From an uncultured Desulfurococcaceae archaeon (lineage in GTDB: Archaea > Thermoproteota > Thermoprotei_A > Sulfolobales > NBVN01), in the NCBI GenBank assembly GCA_964399035.1, contig CAYNPH010000097.1, positions 1,211 to 65,210 on the forward strand: a stretch of 64,000 nucleotides of DNA, given 5' to 3'. How positions within the stretch are numbered: the stretch's first letter is position 1; every line of letters starts with the position of its first letter. The notes below the pieces were generated by a model that saw only the letters and a program-made list of their open reading frames with translations, searched no databases and was not told where the DNA came from. Made by a program: the position numbers and the translations under genes. Shown here piece after piece: positions 44,529 through 53,548 of this stretch.

Positions 44529-46277
44529 ATGACGTCAAGCCTCAGGAAAACCGTACCCGTAATATGGGCCCTGATAGTGGCGCTAGGCGTGTTAAGCCCC
44601 GCAAGCACCACGTTAGGAGCCCTAGCCCAAGACAGTTCGACCTCAACCACCGTGACACTAAATGCGAACGTTAACGTCTCGGTAGTGATGATAAGATCAC
44701 TTAACATTTCAATACAGGTAGCGATTAGCAAACTAACGAGCTTCAACGTAAGTAAGAACAGCACTGAGTGGCAGCTGGTGAGGGAGGCAAACCAATCACT
44801 AAAACTCGCGCTTCAAGCAAACATGACCGGTAACTACAGCGCTGCCGTGAAGTACGCGCAGGAGGGTCTAGCGAAGATCAGAAAGGCCCTAGAACTACTG
44901 TCGCAGGAGTACAGCGTAAAGGCCAACGAGAGTATCATAGAAGCGATAAGGTATGAGGGTAAAGTAAGGGCCCTCAATAGGACAGCGCACGTGCTACTGA
45001 ACGCAACCATAAGGGCTGAGGAAAAAGGCACCATCAACGTAACGGTTGCTGAGAAACTCAAGGCAACTCTCCAGAATGACATTAGGGCTCTCAGCGAGCT
45101 AGCTAAGTACCTGGCTAAGGTAGTGAATAGGTCTGAAACACTTAACGCGACCTACGTAGCCGATGTGCTGGAGAAGGTGGCAAAGGATCTAGCGAGCGTG
45201 CGTGAGACTCTCAACAACTGCGCTGCTAGGAGACTTCAGGAAATGGTGAGGATTAGGGTAATGGAGCAACTTAAGGCGATGTGGGAGGAGGTTAAGAAGA
45301 TAACTCAGGTCGCGCAGGAGGCTCAGGAGCAGAACTTAACGGTGATGGCGCAGGAGTTAATGAAGATCGCACAGAACCTAACGCAGAAGCTGATGAAGAT
45401 CGAGAAGGAAGTAATGAATGCCACTACGCCCATGAACATCTCTGAAGTAGAGAAGCTACTAAACATGACCAACCAAGTGAAGGTGCTGGTAAGTATGTCA
45501 CACGAAGTTAAGTGCTGTGGCAAGCATGCAATCGACTTAAGGGCCGTAATGAGCGACTTAGCGAAGTTGAAGATGACTATAATGCAAGTAAACATGACGT
45601 ACATGGAACTTAAGTTCATGACCAAAGGCATGAGCAGCGATATAATTAAGGAAGTCAATGACGTGGGTAAGCTTATGAAGGCACTGCAGGGCAACTACAG
45701 CGAGCTGGAAAAGGCGCTTGCGAACGGCGATGCAGAGAAAGTTAGGGAATGCCTAAACGCTATTAATGCAACAGCAACCCAGCTCAGTAACATGGTAAGT
45801 AAAATGATGCAGGAAAAGATGAGCGGACCTACCGCAAATCAAGTAAGGGTTATGCTGAGGAAAATGGATGACGATCTCAAGGCAGTAATGGAGCAGGTTA
45901 GGGAGAGGCTCCACTCAATGGAGAAAGTGGCTCAGCAGGCTCAGGCAAGTAAATCCGCGACCATCGAAGCCGAGCTGAAGACCGCCGTGAAGCAATTGGA
46001 GAGGGCGTTGACCATAGGTAAGGCAAGTAAGGCGCTGACGCCAACCCAGATAAGTAAGATCCAGAACGTTCAAGCAAGCCTAAGCAAAGTAATGACCCTC
46101 CTAAAGAACGGTAACACAGAGGAAGCATCGAAGATAATCAAGACAAGCATTGAGGTACTGAAGGAAGTACAACATGAGGTAAGCGTGAAGGCCGGCAAAG
46201 GCGGTGCAGTAGTCAGCACGGAGATTGAGGTAGTTATCGAGATACTCCATACTGTGCAGGCCATGATTGAACACTGA
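44529..46277 (+). CDS. Secreted Met-rich alpha-helical coiled-coil glycoprotein (hypothetical)
   Basis: Signal peptide MTSSLRKTVPVIWALIVALGVLSPASTTLGALAQ, then about 550 aa of heptad-like helical sequence. I count 21 N-x-S/T sequons by eye. No C-terminal TM segment. An alternative upstream ATG at 44427 overlaps the previous stop. Confidence 0.6.
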   Translation: MTSSLRKTVPVIWALIVALGVLSPASTTLGALAQDSSTSTTVTLNANVNVSVVMIRSLNISIQVAISKLTSFNVSKNSTEWQLVREANQSLKLALQANMTGNYSAAVKYAQEGLAKIRKALELLSQEYSVKANESIIEAIRYEGKVRALNRTAHVLLNATIRAEEKGTINVTVAEKLKATLQNDIRALSELAKYLAKVVNRSETLNATYVADVLEKVAKDLASVRETLNNCAARRLQEMVRIRVMEQLKAMWEEVKKITQVAQEAQEQNLTVMAQELMKIAQNLTQKLMKIEKEVMNATTPMNISEVEKLLNMTNQVKVLVSMSHEVKCCGKHAIDLRAVMSDLAKLKMTIMQVNMTYMELKFMTKGMSSDIIKEVNDVGKLMKALQGNYSELEKALANGDAEKVRECLNAINATATQLSNMVSKMMQEKMSGPTANQVRVMLRKMDDDLKAVMEQVRERLHSMEKVAQQAQASKSATIEAELKTAVKQLERALTIGKASKALTPTQISKIQNVQASLSKVMTLLKNGNTEEASKIIKTSIEVLKEVQHEVSVKAGKGGAVVSTEIEVVIEILHTVQAMIEH

Positions 46278-46470
46278 TGAGGTGAGAACACCCAAACAAG
46301 GATGGGGCGGTGCCGCAGGGCCCAAACCCCCTTTTTCCCTTTCGGGAAGCAGGTTCCCCAGCTTAAAAGCCCCACGGCACCAGTACACTCATTTTTAAAG
46401 ATTCACCGTATTATTTAAATGTGTGTAGCGCGTATTCAGTTCCTCTCAAGGAAGTCGGAGGGCGGGGTTC

Positions 46471-46731
46471 TTGTGGCTCTCTGAAAATGAGAAAAGAAAG
46501 AGATACGTTGAAGGTGCGGTGATCTCGGCGTTAAGGCTTTACAGGCACTGGAGGAAAAGAGGTGTTGGTTCTAAGGAAGCGTTTGCGAGGGCTGTTAGGC
46601 AGGCCCTAGGAATGATTGAGGCCAGCGGCATGAGGGAGGAGGAAGTTAAGGAATCTCTTGAAGAGCTGAAGAATATTATCGACGCCATACTCAATGCTAT
46701 TAATAGGGAAAAACGTGAGGAGGAAAGGTAA
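46471..46731 (+). CDS. Small hypothetical helical protein (86 aa)
   Basis: ORF downstream of the AT-rich TATTATTTAAAT element. No known motif. Confidence 0.35.
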   Translation: MWLSENEKRKRYVEGAVISALRLYRHWRKRGVGSKEAFARAVRQALGMIEASGMREEEVKESLEELKNIIDAILNAINREKREEER

Positions 46732-46761
46732 CATGCTTTTAATTAGCCTCGTTAAAAAGTA

Positions 46762-47631
46762 TTGGCGTGTGGAGTTATGGCTGAAATAGGGGAATCCCTG
46801 CTATTGAGGGTGTTCTTCGAGACGGCCGATGGTGGTTACTACTCACCAATGTTCGAAGGTTGCTTTGAGGCTCTCCCAGTACCTGAGTTTAGGGGCCGAC
46901 TCATAAGGCCAGAGGTAGCGGAGGAGTTCCGCTATGACAGAATACCATGTAGGTGTTTCCCGGACGATCTCTCAAGGTATTTACCCAGCGACTACGTCTT
47001 AGTTGGGGGATCCAGCTACCACACTAACGAGGTGGTCGCGCACTGGGATCCCAGACTTGACATAGGGGTTTACAGTGATTACTGGCGCTCGGCAGGAGGA
47101 AGAATACCCAAGAGCTTCAGGGAGTATAAGAAGAAGGAATGCTACATATTCTTCGCGGCAGGCTTAGCTAGGTACCCACGTGGATTCTTCAACATTAAAC
47201 ACGGGTTCACCGAGATCAGGAGGGCATTCATGCGTGCGGATCGAGGAGTCTACGTTGTTGCTTACATGAAGGTGGATGAGATAGCTGACTTAACAGCCAT
47301 CGCCTCTAGGGAGAACATAGATATAGGTAAGGAGGGCACCGACAGAGTCTGGGAAATAGCAGTGAGGGAGTACGGAGAGAGGGTGATTAAGACTCCACAC
47401 TATGCGCGCGGAGGCGACCTACCTGTAGTGATACTCAGTGAGAAAGGACACTATGGTTTCTTCAAGAGGCCTATACCGTTAATAGAGTGGTCAGGTAAGC
47501 GCAAGTTACTAAGCAATTACTCATACATGTTCGGGGTTAGGGGGCTGGAGGACAGGGTTCGTCAGAAAGCATTCGACAGAAGGAAGACCGAGGAAATCAT
47601 AAGTACCTTAAAGGAAGAGGGTCTACTCTGA
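46762..47631 (+). CDS. Hypothetical protein (about 285 aa)
   Basis: Long ORF with typical local codon usage. ATG at 46777 is the likely start. No domain recognised. Confidence 0.5.
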   Translation: MACGVMAEIGESLLLRVFFETADGGYYSPMFEGCFEALPVPEFRGRLIRPEVAEEFRYDRIPCRCFPDDLSRYLPSDYVLVGGSSYHTNEVVAHWDPRLDIGVYSDYWRSAGGRIPKSFREYKKKECYIFFAAGLARYPRGFFNIKHGFTEIRRAFMRADRGVYVVAYMKVDEIADLTAIASRENIDIGKEGTDRVWEIAVREYGERVIKTPHYARGGDLPVVILSEKGHYGFFKRPIPLIEWSGKRKLLSNYSYMFGVRGLEDRVRQKAFDRRKTEEIISTLKEEGLL

Positions 47632-47659
47632 GTGCCTTCAAGGTAAAAGGATGCTGAAC

Positions 47660-48724
47660 CTAACGCTTCAACCTAGCTAGTGACGGGTCGAAACCGAAGC
47701 GCCTTAAAACACCCTCAAGCCTTGCCCTAAGCTTCCCTCGCTCACCCCGCAACTTTATCAAGTACATTAGGGAGTAGCACGTTGTGAAAAGCGCGTGCAA
47801 GTACATCCCCAGGAACCCTAGGACACCTTGAAACCTCCTTGGCTCGCTGTAAGCCTTAATCGCTAAGCTCTCTAGCTTAGCGATGAGCCATGCGACAGTT
47901 AAAGCAATCGCACCTAATAGTGAGTAGGGAACCACATTCGTCGGGGGAGGCGTCATCACAGCAGCTATCGCAAGAGCAACCACGGCTAACGGAAATAAGG
48001 CGAATGCGGTCCAAGGAGGTAGGTCTGGAGGAAAACTCATTCCTATCATGTACGCACCTTCAACTAACCCTTTAACCCTAGACCTCTGCCACGCCTTAAC
48101 CTCCTTGAAGCTTGATGGCATAGTGACCACGACCTCAGCGTCCGGGCAGTGACGGAACCTCACTCCACGCTTCATTGCTAGCACACTGAAGTAGAAGTCG
48201 TCGCTTCTTGCTGAGGGCGGATACATGACCTTACTAAATACGGTGATTTTCGTGAGCTTATTATTGCCTGGTGCGTGGCGCTCCTTAACGTAGCTGAAGA
48301 GCATGTGGTAAGCGTGGTACCAGAAGAATAACCTAGACCATGTGGACGTGTGCTTAACCTTAGTGAAGCCTGAGAACACCTCGTGGTTGTTGTCCACGCA
48401 CTTAACTAGCGAACCAACGTATTTTGGCGTGTAGATGTTTTCTGAGTCTCCCCAAATTATGTACTGGTACCCGTGTTCCATAGCGTACCTCACAACCTCA
48501 GCGCGTGCCGGACCGACACCGCCCTTGACCGCTTGCTTCACTAGCTTGACGCAGCCATAGCGCTTGCTGAATTCCTCCACGACCTTGTCGGAGCCGTCTC
48601 TCGAGTGCCCGTCCATTACTAGGATGTCGAAGCATTCACATAACCTGCACTCCTCTTGATTAGCTAAGGTCTCTAAGCACCTCTTTAGTCCTTCGGCGTT
48701 GTCCTTATTCATTAGGACTAGCAA
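47660..48724 (-). CDS. Family 2 glycosyltransferase with C-terminal TM helices
   Basis: N-terminal GT-A fold pattern (LVLMNKDNAEGLKRCLETL, VMDGHSRDGS, IWGDSENIY) followed by hydrophobic C-terminal segments. Confidence 0.6.
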   Translation of the reverse strand: MLVLMNKDNAEGLKRCLETLANQEECRLCECFDILVMDGHSRDGSDKVVEEFSKRYGCVKLVKQAVKGGVGPARAEVVRYAMEHGYQYIIWGDSENIYTPKYVGSLVKCVDNNHEVFSGFTKVKHTSTWSRLFFWYHAYHMLFSYVKERHAPGNNKLTKITVFSKVMYPPSARSDDFYFSVLAMKRGVRFRHCPDAEVVVTMPSSFKEVKAWQRSRVKGLVEGAYMIGMSFPPDLPPWTAFALFPLAVVALAIAAVMTPPPTNVVPYSLLGAIALTVAWLIAKLESLAIKAYSEPRRFQGVLGFLGMYLHALFTTCYSLMYLIKLRGERGKLRARLEGVLRRFGFDPSLARLKR

Positions 48725-48779
48725 CGCCTTACCTGCTAACGCGCTACACCCCCGCTACCTCAGTGGTCTTGCCTCTCGT

Positions 48780-49130
48780 TTAAGGATAGGGTTCCGCCGT
48801 GTTAATAAGGTCTTGCCCTCTAAACCGTTTCACGGATTCACGTATTCCTTTGCCTATTGTCAGTAGTTTAATTAGGTTCCTTATTGAGTACTTTGCCAGC
48901 ACCTCTCTCTTGTAGATCCCTGTGAGCTCTATCGCTAAGCTAGGGGGGACTCCACGAATAACCGTGTTAATGAAGAACTTAACAGGTTCTGTTAAGCGCT
49001 TGAAGTTAATCCACAGCAAAGCATAGAGAGCAATCTCAGTGAGCGCTAGTAAGGTTGTAAAACCCAGCAACGCGATGGAAAGGATCGCGACGATCTTAGC
49101 GAGCGTTACTCTCCATTCCCTTAATTTCAA
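48780..49130 (-). CDS. Hypothetical small membrane protein
   Basis: Two predicted TM helices (AKIVAILSIALLGFTTLLALTEIALYALLWINF). Confidence 0.4.
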   Translation of the reverse strand: MKLREWRVTLAKIVAILSIALLGFTTLLALTEIALYALLWINFKRLTEPVKFFINTVIRGVPPSLAIELTGIYKREVLAKYSIRNLIKLLTIGKGIRESVKRFRGQDLINTAEPYP

Positions 49131-49149
49131 GATCTCCCACCTGTGAGCT

Positions 49150-49587
49150 TCACTCCATGCTGACTAAGACCTTCTTTCCAGCTTTCCTAACCTTCACTAA
49201 TCCCTTATCACTGAGCTTGCGTATCCGTTCGGTCACTATCCTGCGTGACGCCATTCCCCTCACCTTCCGCACTCTCCTAGTAATTTCACTCACGGTTAGC
49301 GGTTTGTCGGAGACCGCTAATACCTCAAGTATAGCTATACTTATTGGGTCACTAATGCCAGCAACCCTGGCCAGCTCCATTACCTTCGACGCCATTCTCA
49401 CCGCCTTATGGGCGGGGAGGAAGAAAAACATGGCTAGTTCCACAGCCAGCGAGGCTTCCGGATCTGCGCCGGAGGTGATTAGATATTCCTCAAGTACCTG
49501 AAGCTTACGTAGTACCGTCTCTAACAACCTCTCTATCCTGACAAGCCTCTCCTCAGGACCGCCTCGTTCACCCTCCCCACCCAACAT
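49150..49587 (-). CDS. Winged-helix DNA-binding protein
   Basis: ISIAILEVLAVSDKPLTVSEITRRVRKVRGMASRRIVTERIRKLSDKGLVKVRKAGKKVLVS is a wHTH pattern. Confidence 0.55.
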   Translation of the reverse strand: MLGGEGERGGPEERLVRIERLLETVLRKLQVLEEYLITSGADPEASLAVELAMFFFLPAHKAVRMASKVMELARVAGISDPISIAILEVLAVSDKPLTVSEITRRVRKVRGMASRRIVTERIRKLSDKGLVKVRKAGKKVLVSME

Positions 49588-49703
49588 CGTTTCCCCATAG
49601 CACCTTCTCTAACTAACGAAGGGAAAGATTTACATTGGTCTAGCCCACTAGTTTAACACGGGTAAATCCAGGTTTGACGCCTGGGCGGGTTCCCCGAGGG
49701 GGG

Positions 49704-50258
49704 TTACGACTCCCCCTCCCTTTCTTCCTCGGCTTTCCTCTCCTCTAGGCTAGGTTTTCTAGCGCTCATGAATCCCCTACCCTTAGAGAACATCTTTATT
49801 AGCATGGAACCTAGGTCAGCCATAGCTGTCCTCTTCCTGAAGTATTCTAAGGTCATTTCACGTGCCAATTCTTTGTCGATCCCTGCCTCGATTAGGTGTT
49901 TGTAGAACTGAGCCACGTCCTTACCTATCTGATCCCCGCTGAGCCCGCCTGTTATGGCTTTAATGAGTTCCGTTATGGGTTCCTTAAGATCCCTTAGGAA
50001 CTCTGATACAGCCATCAGTGGGGCCTTAACGTCCCAGTATCCCTTCATTACATCCTCCATTCCTCTGCCTGTCATGCCGTGCTCCTCTAACGCCTTCCTA
50101 ACCTTCTCTTTTATAATCTTCTTGGTTTCCTCGTCCATGTCTTGAGCATCCACTTTTGTAATCACTAGCTTAGCAATGCTCTCCGCTAACTCCTTTTCTG
50201 CGTCCTTCACGCTCTTACTCTCTTTCTCCGACATATTATTACCTATGTAAGTCTTCAA
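49704..50258 (-). CDS. Hypothetical charged helical protein
   Basis: ORF at the head of a minus-strand gene string. The likely start is MSEKES at 50234. No known motif. Confidence 0.4.
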   Translation of the reverse strand: MKTYIGNNMSEKESKSVKDAEKELAESIAKLVITKVDAQDMDEETKKIIKEKVRKALEEHGMTGRGMEDVMKGYWDVKAPLMAVSEFLRDLKEPITELIKAITGGLSGDQIGKDVAQFYKHLIEAGIDKELAREMTLEYFRKRTAMADLGSMLIKMFSKGRGFMSARKPSLEERKAEEEREGES

Positions 50259-50506
50259 TGCTCCCAGTATAATATGTTAACCGCCTCCTGGTGGGCAGGA
50301 AGTGAACAACGCATGACTGCACTGATTTCACGGTAGTGCTTACTCTTAATTAACGGGCTGATTCTTGTTTGATAAAAACGGTTAACTTATTCACGTAATA
50401 ATTTTAGCGTAGCCCATCCCTTAAGTAAGGATTTAATACTCCATCATCGGGTTCAAACATTTTTTTAAAGGCATGCCTTAATTACATCTCTTGGTGAATA
50501 CCAACC

Positions 50507-51964
50507 TTGTCAAAGACGGCCTTAATAGCCGGATTCGTAATAGCTGTAATAATCGTTGGTATTGCTGCCTTCTACGCCGGAATGAGTATGGCACCAAGTA
50601 AGACAACTACAGTTACCACGACTGTTACTGCTAGTAGTGGTGGGGGAGGCACTGCAGCTACTGTTACTAAGACCGTCACCACGACTGTGAGTACTAGCGG
50701 AACTACTCCCTCTTGGACACCACCAAGCAAGATAAAAGCTGCTTGGATTTACGTAGGCCCTGTCGGTGACTTCGGTTGGAGCTATATGCACGACCTTGGC
50801 AGGAGAGTTGTAGCGGCTCTATATAAGGACTGGCTCAAAACCACCTACGTAGAGAGCGTCCCCGAGAGCAAGTTAAAGAGCACTATCGAGTCACTCATTC
50901 AGAAAGGGTATCAAGTATTCTTCACCACGTCCTTCGGTTACATGCAGGGCACACTTGATGAGGCTAAGCTACACCCGAACCTGATGTTCTTCCACTGCAG
51001 CGGTTACTTAAGATACAAGAACATGGGTACGTACTTTGCCGACCTATATCAGATATACTATCTTGATGGATTAATTGCCGGGGCTTTAACTAAGACTGGT
51101 CATATAGGGTATGTGGCTGCGTTCCTCACGCCCGAGTTAGTTAGGCACATTAACGCATTCGCCATAGGAGCTAAAGAAATAGGTGAGCAACTAGGTAAAA
51201 ACATACAGGTTTACGTAATCGAAATTGGTGCTTGGTATAATCCTACAGCAGCAAGACAGGCAGCAGAGACCCTTGTTAATCAGTACAACGTAGATGCAAT
51301 AGCATATACCGAGGACTCAACCGCCATACTTGAGTATGCCGAGCAGTTATACAAGCAGCAGCACAAGCAGATCTGGGTCTTTAGCCACTACAGCCCAGGA
51401 TACGTGTATGGCCCCGATGTAGTAGCTAGTGGACAGATAGTTAGGTGGGAAGTAATATACGCGGACATACTAGCTAAGATCAAGGCCGGCGTATATACAC
51501 CATATAACCTAGAGAATGTGGACTACTGGGATCTCCTTAACTCAGGCGCTGTAGAATTTGGATGCTGGGTCTTCCCGAACGGCACCGTAATGCACATCAA
51601 TCCTAAGGTCATACCAATCCTGAAGAACATACAAGTAACCGACAAACTAACCGGCAAGAAGATGAGCGCCTATGAACTAATAATGGAGAGATACTACGAG
51701 ATGAAGAACGCACCCATGCTAAACGCCCTTGACAGCCTAGCAATTACCCACAAATACATGAACATAACCAAGGTAAGCATAGGCGGCAAGGAGAAATACT
51801 ACTACATAGCTCCAATATTCGATCCATTCACTGGTCCACTAAGTGGTTATAACATAAAGACCCATGCTAAGGTAACTGTGCCGGCTGGCGAGAGGCTGGG
51901 ACATGACGCACTGTGGACTATGCAGTGGTTCGTTGACTGGGTACATATAGTCGGTAAGAAGTAA
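50507..51964 (+). CDS. BMP family (PnrA/Med-like) ABC transporter substrate-binding protein with TM anchor and Thr-rich stalk
   Basis: N-terminal TM segment, TTTVTTTVTASSGGGGTAATVTKTVTTTVSTSGTT linker, then KAAWIYVGPVGDFGWSYMHDLGRR, typical of the BMP family. Confidence 0.75.
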   Translation: MSKTALIAGFVIAVIIVGIAAFYAGMSMAPSKTTTVTTTVTASSGGGGTAATVTKTVTTTVSTSGTTPSWTPPSKIKAAWIYVGPVGDFGWSYMHDLGRRVVAALYKDWLKTTYVESVPESKLKSTIESLIQKGYQVFFTTSFGYMQGTLDEAKLHPNLMFFHCSGYLRYKNMGTYFADLYQIYYLDGLIAGALTKTGHIGYVAAFLTPELVRHINAFAIGAKEIGEQLGKNIQVYVIEIGAWYNPTAARQAAETLVNQYNVDAIAYTEDSTAILEYAEQLYKQQHKQIWVFSHYSPGYVYGPDVVASGQIVRWEVIYADILAKIKAGVYTPYNLENVDYWDLLNSGAVEFGCWVFPNGTVMHINPKVIPILKNIQVTDKLTGKKMSAYELIMERYYEMKNAPMLNALDSLAITHKYMNITKVSIGGKEKYYYIAPIFDPFTGPLSGYNIKTHAKVTVPAGERLGHDALWTMQWFVDWVHIVGKK

Positions 51965-51972
51965 TTCAAGGT

Positions 51973-53547
51973 ATGGGTGAGAATCCCATGGCAGATGTAA
52001 TAAATCAAACTAGTTTTTCACAATCACAACCCCATTTAGGGGGAGAAATAACTATTTTAGTTAGGAAACTAGTTAAAAGATTTCCTGGAGTTTTGGCCTT
52101 AGATAATGTTAAGTTCGAACTCCGTAAAGGGGAGATTCACGCACTTCTCGGGGAAAATGGAGCTGGAAAAACCACGTTCGTTAAGATACTTTATGGTATT
52201 TACATTCCAGACAGCGGCGAAATAATAGTAAATGGTAAGAAAGTAATCTTCACATCCCCACTAGATGCCATAAAGCATGGAATAGCGCTAGTGTCGCAAA
52301 TTCCCCAGATCATAGGCTCGCTCACGGTTAGTGAAAATATCATACTTGGCCTTGAGAAATACGGTATGATGGCTAACGTACGTAAGATTGAAAACTACAT
52401 CAGAGAACAAAGCAAGGAAATAGGAATTCGTGTAGACCCGAACACTGAGGTGTGGAAACTCAGTTACACACAAAAGCAGCTGGTAGAGTTGCTACGCGCA
52501 GTCATACTTGGAGCTAAGGTGCTAATGCTAGACGAAGCAGTCACGTTCCTGCCTATTCGAGAGAAAAGAAGGTTCTTCAAATTCATGCGCAGATTCGCTG
52601 AGCGTGGAGGATCTGTTATACTAATAACACATAAGATCCCCGAAGCACTGGAGGTTGCTGATAGGATATCCGTGCTTAGGAGGGGCAAGTATGTAGGTAC
52701 TGTCGAAGCGAAAAATGCGTCAGTTGATACTATAAGGAAGATGATGTTTGGTGAGCGTTCATCGCAGATAACCTACGAGAGATTGCCTCTATCAAAACCT
52801 AGCGAGAAGGTTGTTCTGGACGTGAAGGACGTGTGGGTGATGGGTGATTACGGAGCCTTCTCTGTGAAGGGTGTTAGGCTACAGGTGCGGGCAGGGGAAG
52901 TATTGGGTATAGCTGGTGTTGCTGGTAACGGTCAATTGGAATTAGTGCAGGCGATCATGGGTCTCAGGAAAGTTAGGAAAGGCAAGATCCTGATCAGGAC
53001 TAACGGAGACGTTATAGACGTAACTAACAAAGGCACAAGCAAAATTAGGAGCCTTGGCGTAGGTTACATACCCGACGAGCCGTTAAAGTACGGCGTGTCT
53101 ATGGAGAACAACATCGAAGAAAACCTAGCGATGCTCCCATTAATATCTAAAGGAATAATTAAGTGGGGACAGATACGTAAGAAGGCTCAAGAACTGATAA
53201 ACGAATTTAAAGTAGTAACTCCTTCTAGCCGAACACCAGTCAAGCTTCTATCCGGCGGTAATATAATGAAGGTATTAGTCGGTAGGGAGCTTTCGGTCGC
53301 TAAGAAGCTCTTAGTGGCTTATAACCCTACGAGGGCCTTAGATGAAGTGACCGCAGTAACTGTTAGGAAAATAATTAAGGATAAAGTACTGAAACATAAG
53401 CTAGCTGTACTACTAGTCTCAGAGGACTTAGACGAAATATTCCAAGTGAGCGATACGATAGCCGTTATGAGTTCAGGAAGGATAGCAGGCGTATTCCCGG
53501 CTGAGAAAGCCGATCGTGAACAAATCGAAAAGTTAATGGTGATGTAA
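51973..53547 (+). CDS. ABC transporter ATP-binding protein with duplicated ATPase domains (sugar/nucleoside type)
   Basis: First Walker A GENGAGKTT and Walker B VLMLDEA. The second half has LSGGNIMKVLVGREL and LLVSEDLDE. Confidence 0.85.
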   Translation: MGENPMADVINQTSFSQSQPHLGGEITILVRKLVKRFPGVLALDNVKFELRKGEIHALLGENGAGKTTFVKILYGIYIPDSGEIIVNGKKVIFTSPLDAIKHGIALVSQIPQIIGSLTVSENIILGLEKYGMMANVRKIENYIREQSKEIGIRVDPNTEVWKLSYTQKQLVELLRAVILGAKVLMLDEAVTFLPIREKRRFFKFMRRFAERGGSVILITHKIPEALEVADRISVLRRGKYVGTVEAKNASVDTIRKMMFGERSSQITYERLPLSKPSEKVVLDVKDVWVMGDYGAFSVKGVRLQVRAGEVLGIAGVAGNGQLELVQAIMGLRKVRKGKILIRTNGDVIDVTNKGTSKIRSLGVGYIPDEPLKYGVSMENNIEENLAMLPLISKGIIKWGQIRKKAQELINEFKVVTPSSRTPVKLLSGGNIMKVLVGRELSVAKKLLVAYNPTRALDEVTAVTVRKIIKDKVLKHKLAVLLVSEDLDEIFQVSDTIAVMSSGRIAGVFPAEKADREQIEKLMVM

Positions 53548-53548
53548 G

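Noticed and set aside
46070-46388. Two overlapping minus-strand ORFs (101 and 95 aa) reaching into the 46278-46470 gap.
   Set aside because: They mostly overlap the 3-prime end of the coiled-coil gene in antisense. They have no promoter or RBS context and an odd composition. The gap is better explained as a terminator plus promoter.
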